Shown here: positions 12,831 through 25,764 of the stretch, in pieces
How positions within the stretch are numbered: the first letter of the stretch is position 1
How the letters are laid out: each line of letters opens with the position of its first letter
Assembly (NCBI RefSeq): GCF_006345805.1
Contig: NC_043007.1
Coordinates: 67,704,001-67,768,000 of the forward strand
Direction: 5' to 3'
Length of the DNA stretch: 64,000 nt
Origin: Octopus sinensis
Lineage: Eukaryota
Program-made: the position numbers and the translations under genes
Notes under the pieces: model-generated
Databases searched by the model: none
The model's input: the letters and a program-made list of their open reading frames with translations, nothing else
Told to the model about the DNA's origin: nothing

Positions 12831-13634
12831 TTGATAAAAAATATACTTGAAGAAAACAGTAAAAGAAAAAATAGGCAATCACATGTAACACAAAAAATAA
12901 TTTCATAAATCATTTTCAACACCATTGATTAGGTCATAAAATTTGGGTACCCATAGAAGGTACCTTTTTCATGAGAATAGGTATAAAAGAATAAAAGATT
13001 CATATCCCCATGGATAGGATGTCTGTTACCATAAGAAACTCTCCCAGATACACAGTACCTGGTGAGAATAGGTACTCAATGATTGGGTGAATTGAAGCAT
13101 GTAAAATTATGTCTACATGTCTTAACAAAATAAACTGCTTCAACTATATTTGTAATGGTAGTCAACTACCTTATCCACTTGGTCATTTTACCTTCTGTTT
13201 CTCCTGCTTTGATCTATTAAAGTATTTTGTCCATTTATTCTGGCAGTTTGAGAGATAAAGGCTTTTAAAATTGATTTACGAAAATGTCTGGCAGCTGAAA
13301 GGAAAATTGATTGACTGAGTTAATGTAATATAATGGAAGAGAAAGAAACATATTGAGGACTTAGATATTGATTAACAAGTTATCTGGTCATAGTAGAGTG
13401 GTTTGCAGGCTTTGAGAAATTCAGTCATTGATAAACAATAATATGGCTTCTGGTTCTTAACAATGATCACATCCAACTAGGTCCTAGAAGTGAAAGAAGC
13501 TAAGAATCATAGGAATATCATAAACACAAGACAGGTTAAACTACAGCCAAGGGAATATACAACAGTTAGTTCAGTTAACTTAAACTATTTCCTCCTCTGC
13601 ATTGATGTTATGCTTTAAAGAATGTCTCTTTGTT

Positions 13635-14111
13635 TTAACCCTTTTTTTTTACCATATTTCTGTTGAAATACACTATCTTTGTTTCAGTTACTTTTTAAAA
13701 TAAAGAAAAATTTTCGTAAAGTAACATTTGTCATTATTAAACTAGTGTTTGGAACAAATTAGCATAAAATTTTAATGGTCAGAATTTTAATTAAATCCCT
13801 TTCAAGCATTAAGTTTGTATCATAACTAGATGTGGAGTGGGTCTCAAGTAGGCTACTATCAAAAAATGTTAGAGAATTCTTTACCCCTTTTGATACCAAC
13901 CTGGCTGAAACCGGCTCTGGCTCTGTAGTACAAATGTCTTGTTTTCATAAGTTTTGAATTAAAATCTTCCACCAAACCTTCCACCACAATTTATGTTCCT
14001 AACACTAGCTTAATGATAACTAAGTTGTTTTACTAAATTCTTTGTTATATTTAAAATTAATTGAAAGACACACAGAGCATCTCAAAATAAATAAGGTAAA
14101 AAAAGGGTTAA
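13635..14111. mobile_element. Two adjacent, oppositely oriented piggyBac-type MITEs
   Basis: Termini TTAA-CCCTT and AAGGG-TTAA; same family as 18792-19015 and 30363-30890. Confidence 0.7.
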
Positions 14112-15595
14112 ACAATAGTTACTATTTTCTCATCATAATCTTGATTCACCATTATTAACATTACATCTGTTTTTCTATGTGGACAATTTATAAGAAAAAT
14201 CTGTTGTAATCCTTCATCACATGAAGAATAGAAAAAAGAACCCACCACTGTGTGTTGCTGTTGTCTATGTCAGGTTTACTCTTTTATTTGTTTCAGTCAT
14301 TGGATTGTAGCCATGATGGTGTATCTCTTAGAAGGGTGTGGCCAATCAAAGTAATTCCAGTAGTTATTTTAAGTCTGATTCTATTGGTCTGTTATTGCTG
14401 AACCGCTAAGTTATGGGCAAGCAAAGAAACCAACACTGATTATCAACTCAGGCAATGAGAAAGAAACAGAAAGACACATGCATGCATAATTACACACATG
14501 CACTAACACATTGATGTGCACACACACACACAAGCAAACATAGTAGGTTTCCACAGTTTTCTTGTGCCATATTTATTCTCAAAGCAATGGTTGACTTGAT
14601 GCTATAGCACAAGTCATTTACCCAAGGTGCCACTGAACCCCAAACCACATGGTTCGCAAAACAAGCTTCTTAACCACACAACCATACTGTGACTTATAAG
14701 CATAATTTTTATGACTAGATGCACTTCTTACTTCATAGCATGAACTGAATTCATTTTATCAGTCTCTGGGCATTAAAGAACTTCCCTCCCAAATTGTCCC
14801 TTTATTAGTTTTCTCTTCTTTCAGAGTTAGTGCCTCCCTTGATTGGTTGCCCTCTCTGTGACTGGCAATGTCTGCATCACTCTTTCTTCTCCCATTAAAA
14901 TTTTTTTTTGGCACGGTTTTTATATTATTAGTGGTAGTGGTAGAGATGTTGGTGGTTAGATCGGACGGAGCAAACCCATAATCAATAGTGTTTCAGAAGT
15001 GACCATTCTCTCTTGAGATCTAATCTATTAAGAACTATAAACACACTGTGCTTGACTACCACACTACCACCATGATGGTTGGACATTAACTGAGAATAAT
15101 TCCGAGAACCTTCTCTCTGGTTAAAAACCATGTTATCTATAGTGTAAAAATATTTATGATCACAGACAAAGGTCATTTATGCATAATATATACTTTGATA
15201 AATCACTACTCTGAGAATAAATTTCCATTCAATGCAAAGACGTAGTTTCAGTTTTTAATTCTAAAAAGTATAATCCTTCAAAAGATTGCCCATTTATATC
15301 AAAAGATTGTTAAAGAAGAGAATTTTTTTTTTCTGAAATAAGTTTTGCTTTCAAAAACTGTCAGCTTGCTCAAAAGAGATTATTAAAGAAAAGACTTTAA
15401 AGAAATGTTTATTATTTTACGAGTATCTTCATTGCTTAACCATTGTGTAAAAATATTTACCATCACATAAACTTACAACAAAATAAAAAATATTAAAAAA
15501 ACCTAAATGATGCCATCTCATCTGATAAATTCCTATTCATTAGGTTGGATGGTCTCAATTCTCAGATGAAATTTGTGTGTGTGTGTATTTGTAGG

Positions 15596-15626
<31 letters not shown>

Positions 15627-15957
15627 GTGCGTATTTATATCCAGCTACAGCAAATATTTGTTTCAATTAACAAATATCAATATTATGATGATGATGATGA
15701 TGATGGTACTGCAAAATTGAGAGACTCAGAACACTGAATTCAGAGTCAAACAAAGCCTAAAGATTAAGAAGAATTAGACAAGACTTCAATAATAATGGAG
15801 TGGCAGAAACAATTCATCATGTGAATCAATATTCGATGTGATGATGGTTACAAAGCCACAAATTTGTCAGGGAGAGGATAGAGTCAAATACATTATCACC
15901 ACCACCACCACCATGATCATCACCTTTACAACCACCATTGTCACCACCACAACCTAA

Positions 15958-16562
15958 TATCGGTTTCAAATTTTGGCACAAGGCCAGCAATTTTTTTGGC
16001 AGGTGGTGAGGAGTCAATTACATCAACTCTAATGCTCAACTGGTACTCAAAAAGATAGATTTCTTTATTAGCCACGCAGAGCTAGACACAGAAGGGACAA
16101 AATACAAAGTAGAGCTTTTCTTTTTGGGAAGAAGAGAAGAGGGAAAAAAGAGTGGGGGAGGGCGAAATCCAATTAAAAGGGATCGTGTAAAAAGGGGGGA
16201 TTCCGATCAAAAGGGATCGTGAAAAAAATGTGGGGGCCGATCAATAGGGATCGTGTATCACAGAAATGTCAATGTAAAAAGGGAAAACAGATTAGGCTTG
16301 TCCGTGGATAGAAAAACCTACAGAAAAACCACAGGAATCTTGGGCAAAAAGAAAACACATTATAGTAAGTGGCTCTCTTTTTTCCTTTCGTTTTTCTTTT
16401 TTTTCCCCCCTTTTTGTTCATAGGATTATGCTCAAGCTGGCTCCTCAAAAAGATAAAAAGCAAAGTCGATCCAAGTGGAATTTGAACTCAGAACATAAAG
16501 ATGGATGAAATGCCACTAACCATTTTGCTTTGTGTGCTAATGATTCTACCAGCTCTCCACCT
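15958..16562 (-). mobile_element. SINE family B copy split by a ~390-bp unclassified insertion (16047-16440) carrying three AGGGATCGTG repeats
   Basis: SINE halves ...CAACTGGTACT / ...AAAGCAAAGTCGA..GGAATTTGAACTCAG rejoin across the insert. Confidence 0.65.
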
Positions 16563-17339
16563 TACCACAACCTAATATTAACAGCAACCACCATCAACAC
16601 AACCATCACTATCCTCATTACCATCATCACCATAGTATTATAAACCATAACCATTATTAATAACAATAATGAACCAATTGAGAATGCTCAATGTTGTCAC
16701 TTGATCAGCTAGAAATAGTAGCTAAATCAGCCTGAAATTAGACCACAGTCATCTTAAACAAAGGTCAAATTGGATAATATACTGATTATGCTGTGTAATA
16801 TTTCTGAAATAACAGGATGGCAGGAATGGTTTTCATGAAACCTCAGTCCAGGTTGACCGATAACAAGCAAAAATGAAGCCACTACAAAGTATCTTACCTT
16901 GCTAGAAATGGTAACCAGAATTGTTCTCAAGTGGTGGGGCACAATGTAGTTATAGTTCTTAATAGATTAGATCTCATGAGAGAATGGCCACTTCTGGAAC
17001 ACAATTGATTATGGGTTTGTTCCATCAGATCTGACCACTAACACTTCCACCACTACCACAAATAAGAACAACAGCAAGAGCAATATTTCTTTGCTCAGCT
17101 CCAACATCATTAAGTTTGGAAACAATACTAAAGTGTTACTTGAGTGTCCACATGGTGGAATTAAACTGGGCAACTGAGAAGTCTATCATCTAAGAACTGC
17201 ACTGGCCCCATATTTTCCATCTACCAAATTCTACTCACAAGGTTTTGGCCAATTTTGTAGTTGTAATAGAAAACATATGTTCAAGATACTATACAATAGA
17301 CTGTTTGTAAAATTAATGTAGACAGGACTGACAACTTCA

Positions 17340-17570
17340 CAGACACACACTCTTAATGTAGTTCTCAGGGAGATTCAGGGTGACAGATTGAATGTGATAA
17401 GACTGTTCCATTGAACTACAGGGACAACTCATTTTTGCCAGTTGAGTGGACTGGAGCAACAAGAAATAAAATGTTTTGCTTAAGAGTATAATGTACTGCT
17501 GGAAATTGAACTCATGACCTTATGATTGAGAGCTGAATACCCTAGCTACTAAGCCACACACCTTCACTGC
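17340..17570 (-). mobile_element. Diverged family-M (Meta-like) SINE with a different 3' tail
   Basis: rc of head (CTACTAAGCCACACACCTTCAC) and core (CTCATTTTTGCCAGTTGAGTGGACTGGAGCAAC). Confidence 0.6.
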
Positions 17571-17649
17571 ACAATGGAATCAAACTCAGAATCACAAGCT
17601 AGTGATGCAAACTTCTTAATCACATGGCCATATTTGCATCCATATCGTT

Positions 17650-18125
17650 GACAGAGCTGCTAACCGGCTTCTGTGCCAGTGGCACAAAAAAGGCACCATT
17701 CAAGTGTGATCGTTACCAGCATCGCCTTACTGGCACTTGTGCCCCATGCTAGTAGGGTGTTAAGAGCACCATCCAAGTGTGATTGTTGCTAGAGCAGCTA
17801 ACTGGCTTCCATGCCGGTGGCACGTAAAAGGCACCATTCGAGCGTGATCATTACCAGCATCACCTTACTGGCACCTGTGCTGGTGGCATGTGTAAAAAGA
17901 TTTGAGTGAGGTCGTTGCCAGTACCGCCTGACTGGCCCCTGTGCCGGTGGCACATAAAAGCACCCACTACACTCTCAGAGTGGTTGGCATTAGGAAGGGC
18001 ATCCAGCAGTAGAAACACTGCCAGATCAAGATTGGAGCCTGGTGCAGCCATCTAGTTCGCCAGCCCTCAGTCAAATCATCCAACCCATGCTAGCATAGAA
18101 AGCGGATGTTAAACGATGATGATGA
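17650..18125 (+). mobile_element. RTE 3'UTR with internal tandem subrepeats and (GAT)n tail
   Basis: GGCACCATTC(G/A)AG(C/T)GTGATC repeated; ends GTTAAACGATGATGATGAT. Confidence 0.85.
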
Positions 18126-18791
18126 TAATGATTTGACGGGGTTTGGGCTGTTATTTACAGCAAGTCAAGTAACAATGTCATGGCTTCCTTGTTAGTTTCA
18201 GAAAATTGCAGTGTAGTGGAATGGAGTTTCTAAGTTTGTAGATGAGAGAAAAATAGTGAAGTTTGTTAAGTAGTTCCAGTATTGATAAGCTTTAAGTGAA
18301 TGTTTGTTTCAAATTAAAGAACACTGCTTATTCTAAATATTTTCCTATTGGCAACTTTTCAGATTCTTTTAGTTCTGGAAATGAATTTCCACCTGGCATA
18401 TTAAAACAGTGAAAATTACTGGAACTGATGCAAACGCTAAGTGAGCTTGAATACATGAATGTATCTATAAGCATAAGGGTATACATGCACATTTTATAAT
18501 GCACGTATGTGCGTGTCTGTCTGTCTGCATACATGTGTGTGTGTGTATATCTGTCTGTCTGTCTATGAATATATGTGTGTGTGCATATCTGTCCGTCTGT
18601 GTGTGTGTGTGTGTGTATGTATATATATATATATATATAAATAAATAAATATATACCCTCTTCATCATTTAATGTTTATTTTACCATGCATACATGAATC
18701 ACAAAATTTGTGGAGGTACATTTTCTAAGGCCAGATGCCAATATGTATATGTGTGCATGTGTGAGTATGTATGTGCTACTAATATATATTT

Positions 18792-19015
18792 GTAACCCTT
18801 TTGATACCAACCCAGCTGAAACTGGCTCTGTTGTACAAATGCCTTGTTTTCAAAAATTTTTAATTAAAATCTTCCACCAAACCTTAGTCACAATTTCTGT
18901 TCCTAACACCAGCTTAATGATAACTAAGTTATTTTTACTAAATTCTTTGTTATATTTAAAGTAATTGAAAGAAACACAGAGCATCTCGAAATAAATACAG
19001 TAACGAAAGGGTTAA
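18792..19015. mobile_element. piggyBac-type MITE
   Basis: (G/T)TAA-CCCTTTTGATACC ... GTAACGAAAGGG-TTAA. Confidence 0.8.
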
Positions 19016-19020
19016 ATATA

Positions 19021-19068
<48 letters not shown>

Positions 19069-19756
19069 TGTGTGTGGTGTGTGTGGTGTGTGTGTGTGTG
19101 TGTGTGTATGTATGTGTGTGACATTCTCTTTGCCTTGACATTGCATGATGGTTGTAAATGAACATGTCACGGTCATGCAAGCAGTATCCTTTGTTTCCAG
19201 TCTTCTATGACATGTCTAGTCATGGGGGAAATATTACCTTACTTGGAAACAGGTGAGGATTGTTGACAGGAAGGGTACCTGAGCTTAGAAAAATCTGTTT
19301 CAGCAGATTTCATGGATGATCATGGAAAAGTGGATGTTAAAATGATGAAGATACACACACACACACACAATTATATCACATACAAGCAGATTCAGCAGTA
19401 ATGCCTTACAGCTGAACAAACAACAATTTCTGTTAAACGTAGAGAGCAGGTGCACACAGGAATCCAACACAATTGATTGTTATTGATTCTGAAATAACGA
19501 TTATCAAGATGCAAGCACTCACATGCATACATCCAATCATATACACACAGATGCATACAGATACGGATGTTAATACGGATTCATGTGTCAATAGGCATAG
19601 GCGTAGCTGCGTGGTAAGAAATTTGCTTCCCAACTACATGTTTCCAAGTTTAGTCTCACTGTGTGGCACATTGGGCAAGTGTCTTCTACAATAGCCCCAG
19701 TCTGACCAAAGCATTGTGAGTGGATTTGTTGGTCAGAAACTGAAAGAAGCCTGTTG

Positions 19757-19799
<43 letters not shown>

Positions 19800-20034
19800 A
19801 ATAATAATAATAATAATAATAATGATAATATTTTAAAATAATTAAATCATTAAAATATTTTAAAATTCCATCCTTAGATTATTATTATTACCATATTTAT
19901 CTTACATTATATCAGCACAGCTTGGTTTAGTTCCATAAAGCTGTTGAAAGTTGGAATTACTAGGCTGTAGCCAACGTAACATAGGAGCTTTTTATGTGTG
20001 TACTCAAAAATGATTTCTGTAAACAAACTTAAAA

Positions 20035-20089
<55 letters not shown>

Positions 20090-20092
<3 letters not shown>

Positions 20093-20283
20093 GGAGATGT
20101 ACTTGCATAGCAAGTGAGTTGATCTGAGATCGTGTGCTGAAACGAAAACAATTGCAGCATGGAAGGTGTTTGTAAGCCATTTAAGAAACACACAAAAGCT
20201 GTTCGATTCACTTCAACATTTAAGTTTAATTTGTCAAAATATTTTCATCGCTTTAAGACCGCGACAAAAATCTATGCTGCATC

Positions 20284-20285
<2 letters not shown>
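20090..20285. mobile_element. (TA)n-flanked dispersed repeat, probable Penelope-like terminal segment; inverted partial copy at 24782-24873
   Basis: ACGGAGATGTACTTGCATAGCAAGTGA...GTAAGCCATTTAA matches rc of 24782-24873; both copies sit in (TA)n. Confidence 0.5.
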
Positions 20286-20327
<42 letters not shown>

Positions 20328-20330
<3 letters not shown>

Positions 20331-20665
20331 AAGGCGCATAGCTTAGTGGTTAAAGTGTTGAGCTTACGATCGTGAGGTTGTGAGTTTGAATCCTGGACCG
20401 AGCTGCGTGTTGTGGTCTTGAGCAAGACACTTTATTTCATGATGCTCCAGTTCACTCAGCTGTAGAAATGAGATGCGATGTCACAGGTGCCAAGCTGTAT
20501 CGACCTTTGCCTTTCCCTTGGATAACACTGCTGGTGTGGAGAGGGGAAGCCGGTATGTATGGGCGACTGCTGGTCTTCCATAAACAACCTTGCCCGGACT
20601 TGTGCCTGGGAGGGTAACTTCCAAGGTGCAATCCCATGGTCAGTCATGACCAAAGGGGGTCTCAG
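20328..20665 (+). mobile_element. Full-length family-M tRNA SINE
   Basis: A box TAGCTTAGTGG, B box GAGTTTGAATCC, core and tail to CAAAGGGGGTCT. Confidence 0.85.
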
Positions 20666-22054
20666 CATATATATATATATACAAGCAATGCACCCTGGCA
20701 TTGCCTGGGTGTTATGACCTACAGATTCTAATGCGCAGAATCAGCATATGAGGAGTATGAAATAAACAACTCTTCTTTATAAACATGTTTCCGGTCATTT
20801 CTGGCAATTTCTATCTACCAAATTCAGTCACAAGTCTGTGGCTGGCCTAGGGCTATAGTAGAAAACACTCGCCCAAGGTAGCATGCAGAAGGACTAAACA
20901 TGGAACCATGTGGTTGGGAAGCAAACTTCTCAACCACATAGCCATTTTTGCACCTAATGTGTGTGTGTGTGTGTGTGGTGTGTGTGTGTGTGTGTGTGTG
21001 TGTTTAGATTTGTTGTTAAATCAAGTATTGTATCCCACTGTGTCTCAAAGTTAGCACCTCATCAATCAGAGATCTATAGAACCATTGATATACAGACAGT
21101 TGATAAAAGAGAGGAAAGATCAATGTATTGGGGGAGAGTGGGCAAGGTAAAGACTGTATGAAGTATATAAGAAAAAGAGACATCATTGTAGAAATGGTAG
21201 AATAAGAAGAGGGAAGAGACATTATGTCTGCGGGTCAAAGGTTGCTGTGTGTTTATTTGCCTCTAAGCAGCATGGTACATTACAAGCTTGATCAGTAGAC
21301 TAAAGACCATTGTTGCACTGATTAGGATAGGGAGAGGGAAGAGACAGGAAGTCTTTGGGCCAGAGGTTACCACGTGATGCTGAGGAAGGCATTTTACTAA
21401 TAGTGAGGTTGTCTTCTTTTAGACCCGGTCTAGGATGTTTATAAACATAGAAATATACATAAAATATGTAACAGATTACATATGCATCATCATCATCATC
21501 ATTCAATATTATCTATGTTGGCATGGGCTAAATGGTTTGACAGGAACTGACAAGCCAGAGGAGGTGGACAAGTGGTATTACACAAAGTGGGGTGTTGTAG
21601 AGCAACAGTTTAATAAAACCCATAGATAGATGAGAAATATGGCGTGTGGGGAGGGGGTGAGAGAAGGATGGTCAGTGACAGAGATGGAGGTCAGAGGTAT
21701 GCAGGAGTGGATATAGTGACTGAAGAACAATGGTGAGAGTGCCAATGATGGCAGATAGTGTGTTCAGTAGAAGTGGATATGAAAGGGTGTTTAGTAGAAA
21801 ATGGATAAAATATACACAGAAAATACTGGTGTAAAACATTAGATACAAATGTACACATAAAATATACACATCCACATAAATAAACATACCCCTAAAATAT
21901 ATGCACAACTCATAAGATGCACATATACACATACAATGCACACATAAATACATATGGAGATGAAAAACAGAAAAATCTACTTGAATAGTAAGAAACACTT
22001 CTGAGGAGGGAGGATGGATATATATATATCTCTATATATAATATATATATATAA

Positions 22055-22945
22055 TTACTTTTGTTCTGGGCATGTTCTTGTACTTGTATGCTGAGGTAAT
22101 TTATCATTGAAGCATATTTCTTTTTTGTGTGAAGTTTGTGTGCTATGTGTGTTCATGTTTAGGAAAGGGGCTATCCTGGTAGGGTTACCCTCGTTTATAG
22201 GGGCTCTTCTTTGAAATATCTCAGTGTAATATATTGCTTGTTCATGCAGGGAGAGAAGGCTTAAGATATTATTTGTTGATTGTATAATGTTTAATTTTTC
22301 AGTAATACAGAATTCACATTTCGTACTCCGTTCTCTGTATTTTTTGGCTTTAGCAATAATGTTTCATTCTATCTGGGGGTTGCTTATTCCACCTTCTTTC
22401 AATCTTCATATCATATTTGATAGGGACGTTGTATGTTTTTTGCTTTTGTCTTTGAATGACACAAGATGTTGTGTATACCTTTCCTTGCACAAGTTGCCCA
22501 TCATTCCAATATATGTCTTTCCTATTCTGTTGGGCTCTGTGATCTTGGCCTTGTATATGAGTTCTTTCTCGAGACAGTTGTTGTTTAGAGGGTAGTGGTT
22601 TGGGGATCTGAAGTTACATTGTCTTTCTGGTGTGTTTATGTTTATCGTGATTGAGTTGGGGAGGCAACTATAGCTAACTTTAACAGTATTTGTTTTGAAG
22701 ATCTTGTAGTATTTGTGTGAATGTGGAAAGTGGTTGTCTATTAGTTTTAAGAATTTCCTAGCTATGTTAGTAGCTATATTCATGCTATAAGGTGGATTGA
22801 ACCATAAGATCTTCCTCTGTCTGCATCTTCTTAGTCTATTTATATCTGGTTCAATGTAGTGTATGCTATTCTTGAAGTTGGACCTTTCTAATGCAGCATT
22901 ATAATATGGGGTGGCTTTTACAAAAGTGTCTTTGTCGACAATCAT
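22055..22945 (-). mobile_element. Penelope-like retroelement (Naiad-type) 3' fragment: RT thumb + GIY-YIG endonuclease, decayed
   Basis: RKILWFNPPYS...KFLKLIDNHFP...KVSYSCLPN...LIYKAKIT...TYIGM...ERYTQH; the frame continues past two TGAs into CEFCITEKL. Confidence 0.9.
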
Positions 22946-22949
22946 GCAG

Positions 22950-23290
22950 AGGATAATTACGGTGTCAGATCTTACAAAAACCTACCACACATTAAAGACC
23001 TAGAAAAATTTGAAGATAATCTTACAAAGTTAGAAAGAAATGTAAAATTCAACCAAAAATCGAACAAGTTCCAACACACATTACAGACTTAAACCTTTTA
23101 AATACTTTTATAACTCTGAAAGACCATAAAAACAATTTCATACAAAATCCTAGCTGTAGATTAATAAGTCCCACCAAAAGTGAAATAGGAATTTTATTGA
23201 ATAAATCTATATTAGGTAATATTATACAACATATCAGAGCACACTCAAGTCTTACCCAATGGATATGCAGTAGTCTAACCGAACATGCTT
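22950..23290 (+). mobile_element. Penelope-like N-terminal/pre-RT fragment, inverted relative to the adjacent 3' fragment
   Basis: DNYGVRSYKNLPHIKDLEKFEDNL and TFITLKDHKNNFIQNPSCRLISPTKSEIG...LTQW, typical of Naiad-type PLE ORFs. Confidence 0.8.
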
Positions 23291-23989
23291 TCGATTTTCT
23301 CAGATGAGAAAAATTTCTACCAGGATCAGATGGTGAACACACAGTTCAACCGTTAGCTTGCCATGTCCCCAAAACATGTACCGAGAGTGATAAAAATCAA
23401 ACATCTAGTCAACATTATGGTATTTGGAGTGATCATTAGTGATGCCTCCATTCATCTTCTCACATGGCCTCACACTCAACACAGAGGCCTACATCAAGTG
23501 CCTGGAGGAGGTAGTGCTGCCCTGGGTCAAGAGGGTGGCTGCTGGAAGATTCTATGTTTGGCAACAGGACTCTGCACCAAACCACACAAGCAGGAGAACC
23601 CAGTCTTGGCTGTCAGACAATTTCTGTAACCACATCACCCTTAACATCTGGCCACCTAACTCTCCAGACTGCAACTCCCTTGATTATTATGTGTGGGGTG
23701 CAGTAGAGCAAGAGACCAAAGAAATTCCTTGTAATATCAAAGATAAACTGAAAGCAGAGATTATGGCAGCATTCACCAACTTAAACAAGGAGACTGTGAG
23801 TTGCAGGAGATTCTGAAGCCATCTGGAGGCTGTGGTTCAAGCCAATGGCGATTTTATTGAATAAATTTACACTTTAATATTTCAAGATATTTTTATGCAA
23901 TTCTAGTAAATATATCTGTTAAAATGAGGTGTCAGTGTTATTTTCATTTTTGTGTAATTTAGACGACAATATATTCACTGCACCCTGTA
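23290..23989 (+). mobile_element. 5'-truncated Tc1/mariner transposon, DD37D (maT/Bmmar1-like)
   Basis: FSDEKNF...QQDSAPNH...WPPNSPDCNSLDYYVWG; 37 residues lie between the 2nd and 3rd Asp; ends CACTGCACCCTG-TA. Confidence 0.9.
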
Positions 23990-24007
23990 TATTTACATAT
24001 ATATACA

Positions 24008-24488
24008 TACATTATAAAGTAAGAGCAGGAAAAATTACATCAAACAATCACATAAGATATATTTCCATAATATAAATAATATTGTATTAATAGATAAATA
24101 TATAAAGTATGATATTTAAAAGATTTGAGATATTTTACGATCGTTTCATGAGTGTACTACCCTTCAAAATGAAATCCAAAATTGATAATCATTATTAGGT
24201 AATGCATCCACTTGTCAGATAAAAGGATGAATTTCTGTGTAGTCAATTAATTGACTACATTGAAATTCATCCTTTTCTCTGACAAGTGGATTCATTATCT
24301 AATAATGATTATGAATTTTGGATTTCATTTTGAAGGGTAATACATTCATGATACGATCGTAAAATATCTCAAACCTTTTAAATAATCATACTTTATATAT
24401 TTATCTATTAATACAATATTATTTATATTATGGATGTATATCATGTGAATTTTTTATGTAAATTTTCTTGCTCTTACTTTATAATGTA
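24008..24488. repeat. Spacerless ~480-bp fold-back palindrome (arms about 240 bp)
   Basis: Centre GTAGTCAATT|AATTGACTAC at 24248/24249; arms match out to TACATTATAAAG / CTTTATAATGTA. Confidence 0.9.
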
Positions 24489-25764
24489 TAATCTTAAAAT
24501 CTCTAAATACCTTTAAGGCTTTAGACATTTCCCTACCAAGAGCACTTATTCAAAATTCAGTATACTGTATTCTCATTAAATATATTTGATTAACTATATA
24601 TATATATAAATTAGAAAAACCCCACCTTTTATCAATTCAAAATGAACAATTAAATTACACCATATAGAAAATTACATATAATAGAAAAATTAAAAATAAA
24701 ATATTTAGTATTTCTAAATTGAAGTTTTCCCTGTAAGTTAGGAATAATATTCCCTCAAATAATTATTATATATATATATATTAAATGGCTTACAAACACC
24801 TTCCACGCTGCAATTGTTTTCGTTTCAGCACACGATCTCAGATCAAATCACTTGCTATGCGAGTACATCTCCGTATATATATATATATATATATATATAA
24901 ATTAGAGATAAAACCACTATTAGGCAAATCAAACAGTGAAAAACATAAAATATAAAATATATTTATAATTTTTTTTTTATATAACTATCAAAAAGTATTA
25001 AAAAGTTTATTATTCATAAATATATATAAGTAGTCAGTTATGTAGGCTGTCATTTCATTCACAATGTCTTCTTCATACTCTGGCAACAGCAGAAGAAAAC
25101 ATCCTTGTTATTATTCTATGATGCTTAGATGCAGCTGAAGGAAGAAAGACTTGGGAGGTGAATTAACAGATGTTATTGTCAAGGTTGTGGTACAAGTTAA
25201 AAACCACAAGTGACAGTACTTCATACATAATATAAATGTATATATTACTGCTGGGAATGTAACAGAAGTTCATAAGCATTACTGACAGTGCATTACACAC
25301 AGACTTATACACAAAGTACACAAAGCCATGTGCATGTAAGTGTGTGTTTTCTCACAGTAAGACAAAATACACATGTTTCCGCAATATTAATATATTCATA
25401 ACTCACACTGCATTGGTTTCCAAGTATAGTGAACCAATTAGCAGGTTTGTTAAAGTGCCAGAAAGATTGCATTGCATCAATTGTACTGGCTTTCTACATT
25501 CTGAGTTCAAATTCTATCAAGGTTGACTTTGTCCTTTCAACCTTTTGAGGATTAATAAAGCATCAGTCCTTCACTAGGGTTCAATCCTTCTCTTTCTCTT
25601 TGTCTGTCTTTCTTTTCTTCTGGAAGGAAAGAAACAGACTTAGGAAGGGATGGGCAATAGCGTTGATTACCTCATAATTCACATGAAAATTTATTATTAT
25701 TGTTATCATCATTATCAAGGCAGCGAGCTGGCAGAATTGTTAGTACACTGGATAAAATGCTTAG

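Noticed and set aside
22560-22625. Possible selenocysteine-coding Naiad zinc finger
   Set aside because: The Cys positions are TGT/TTC/TAC/TGT, not TGA.
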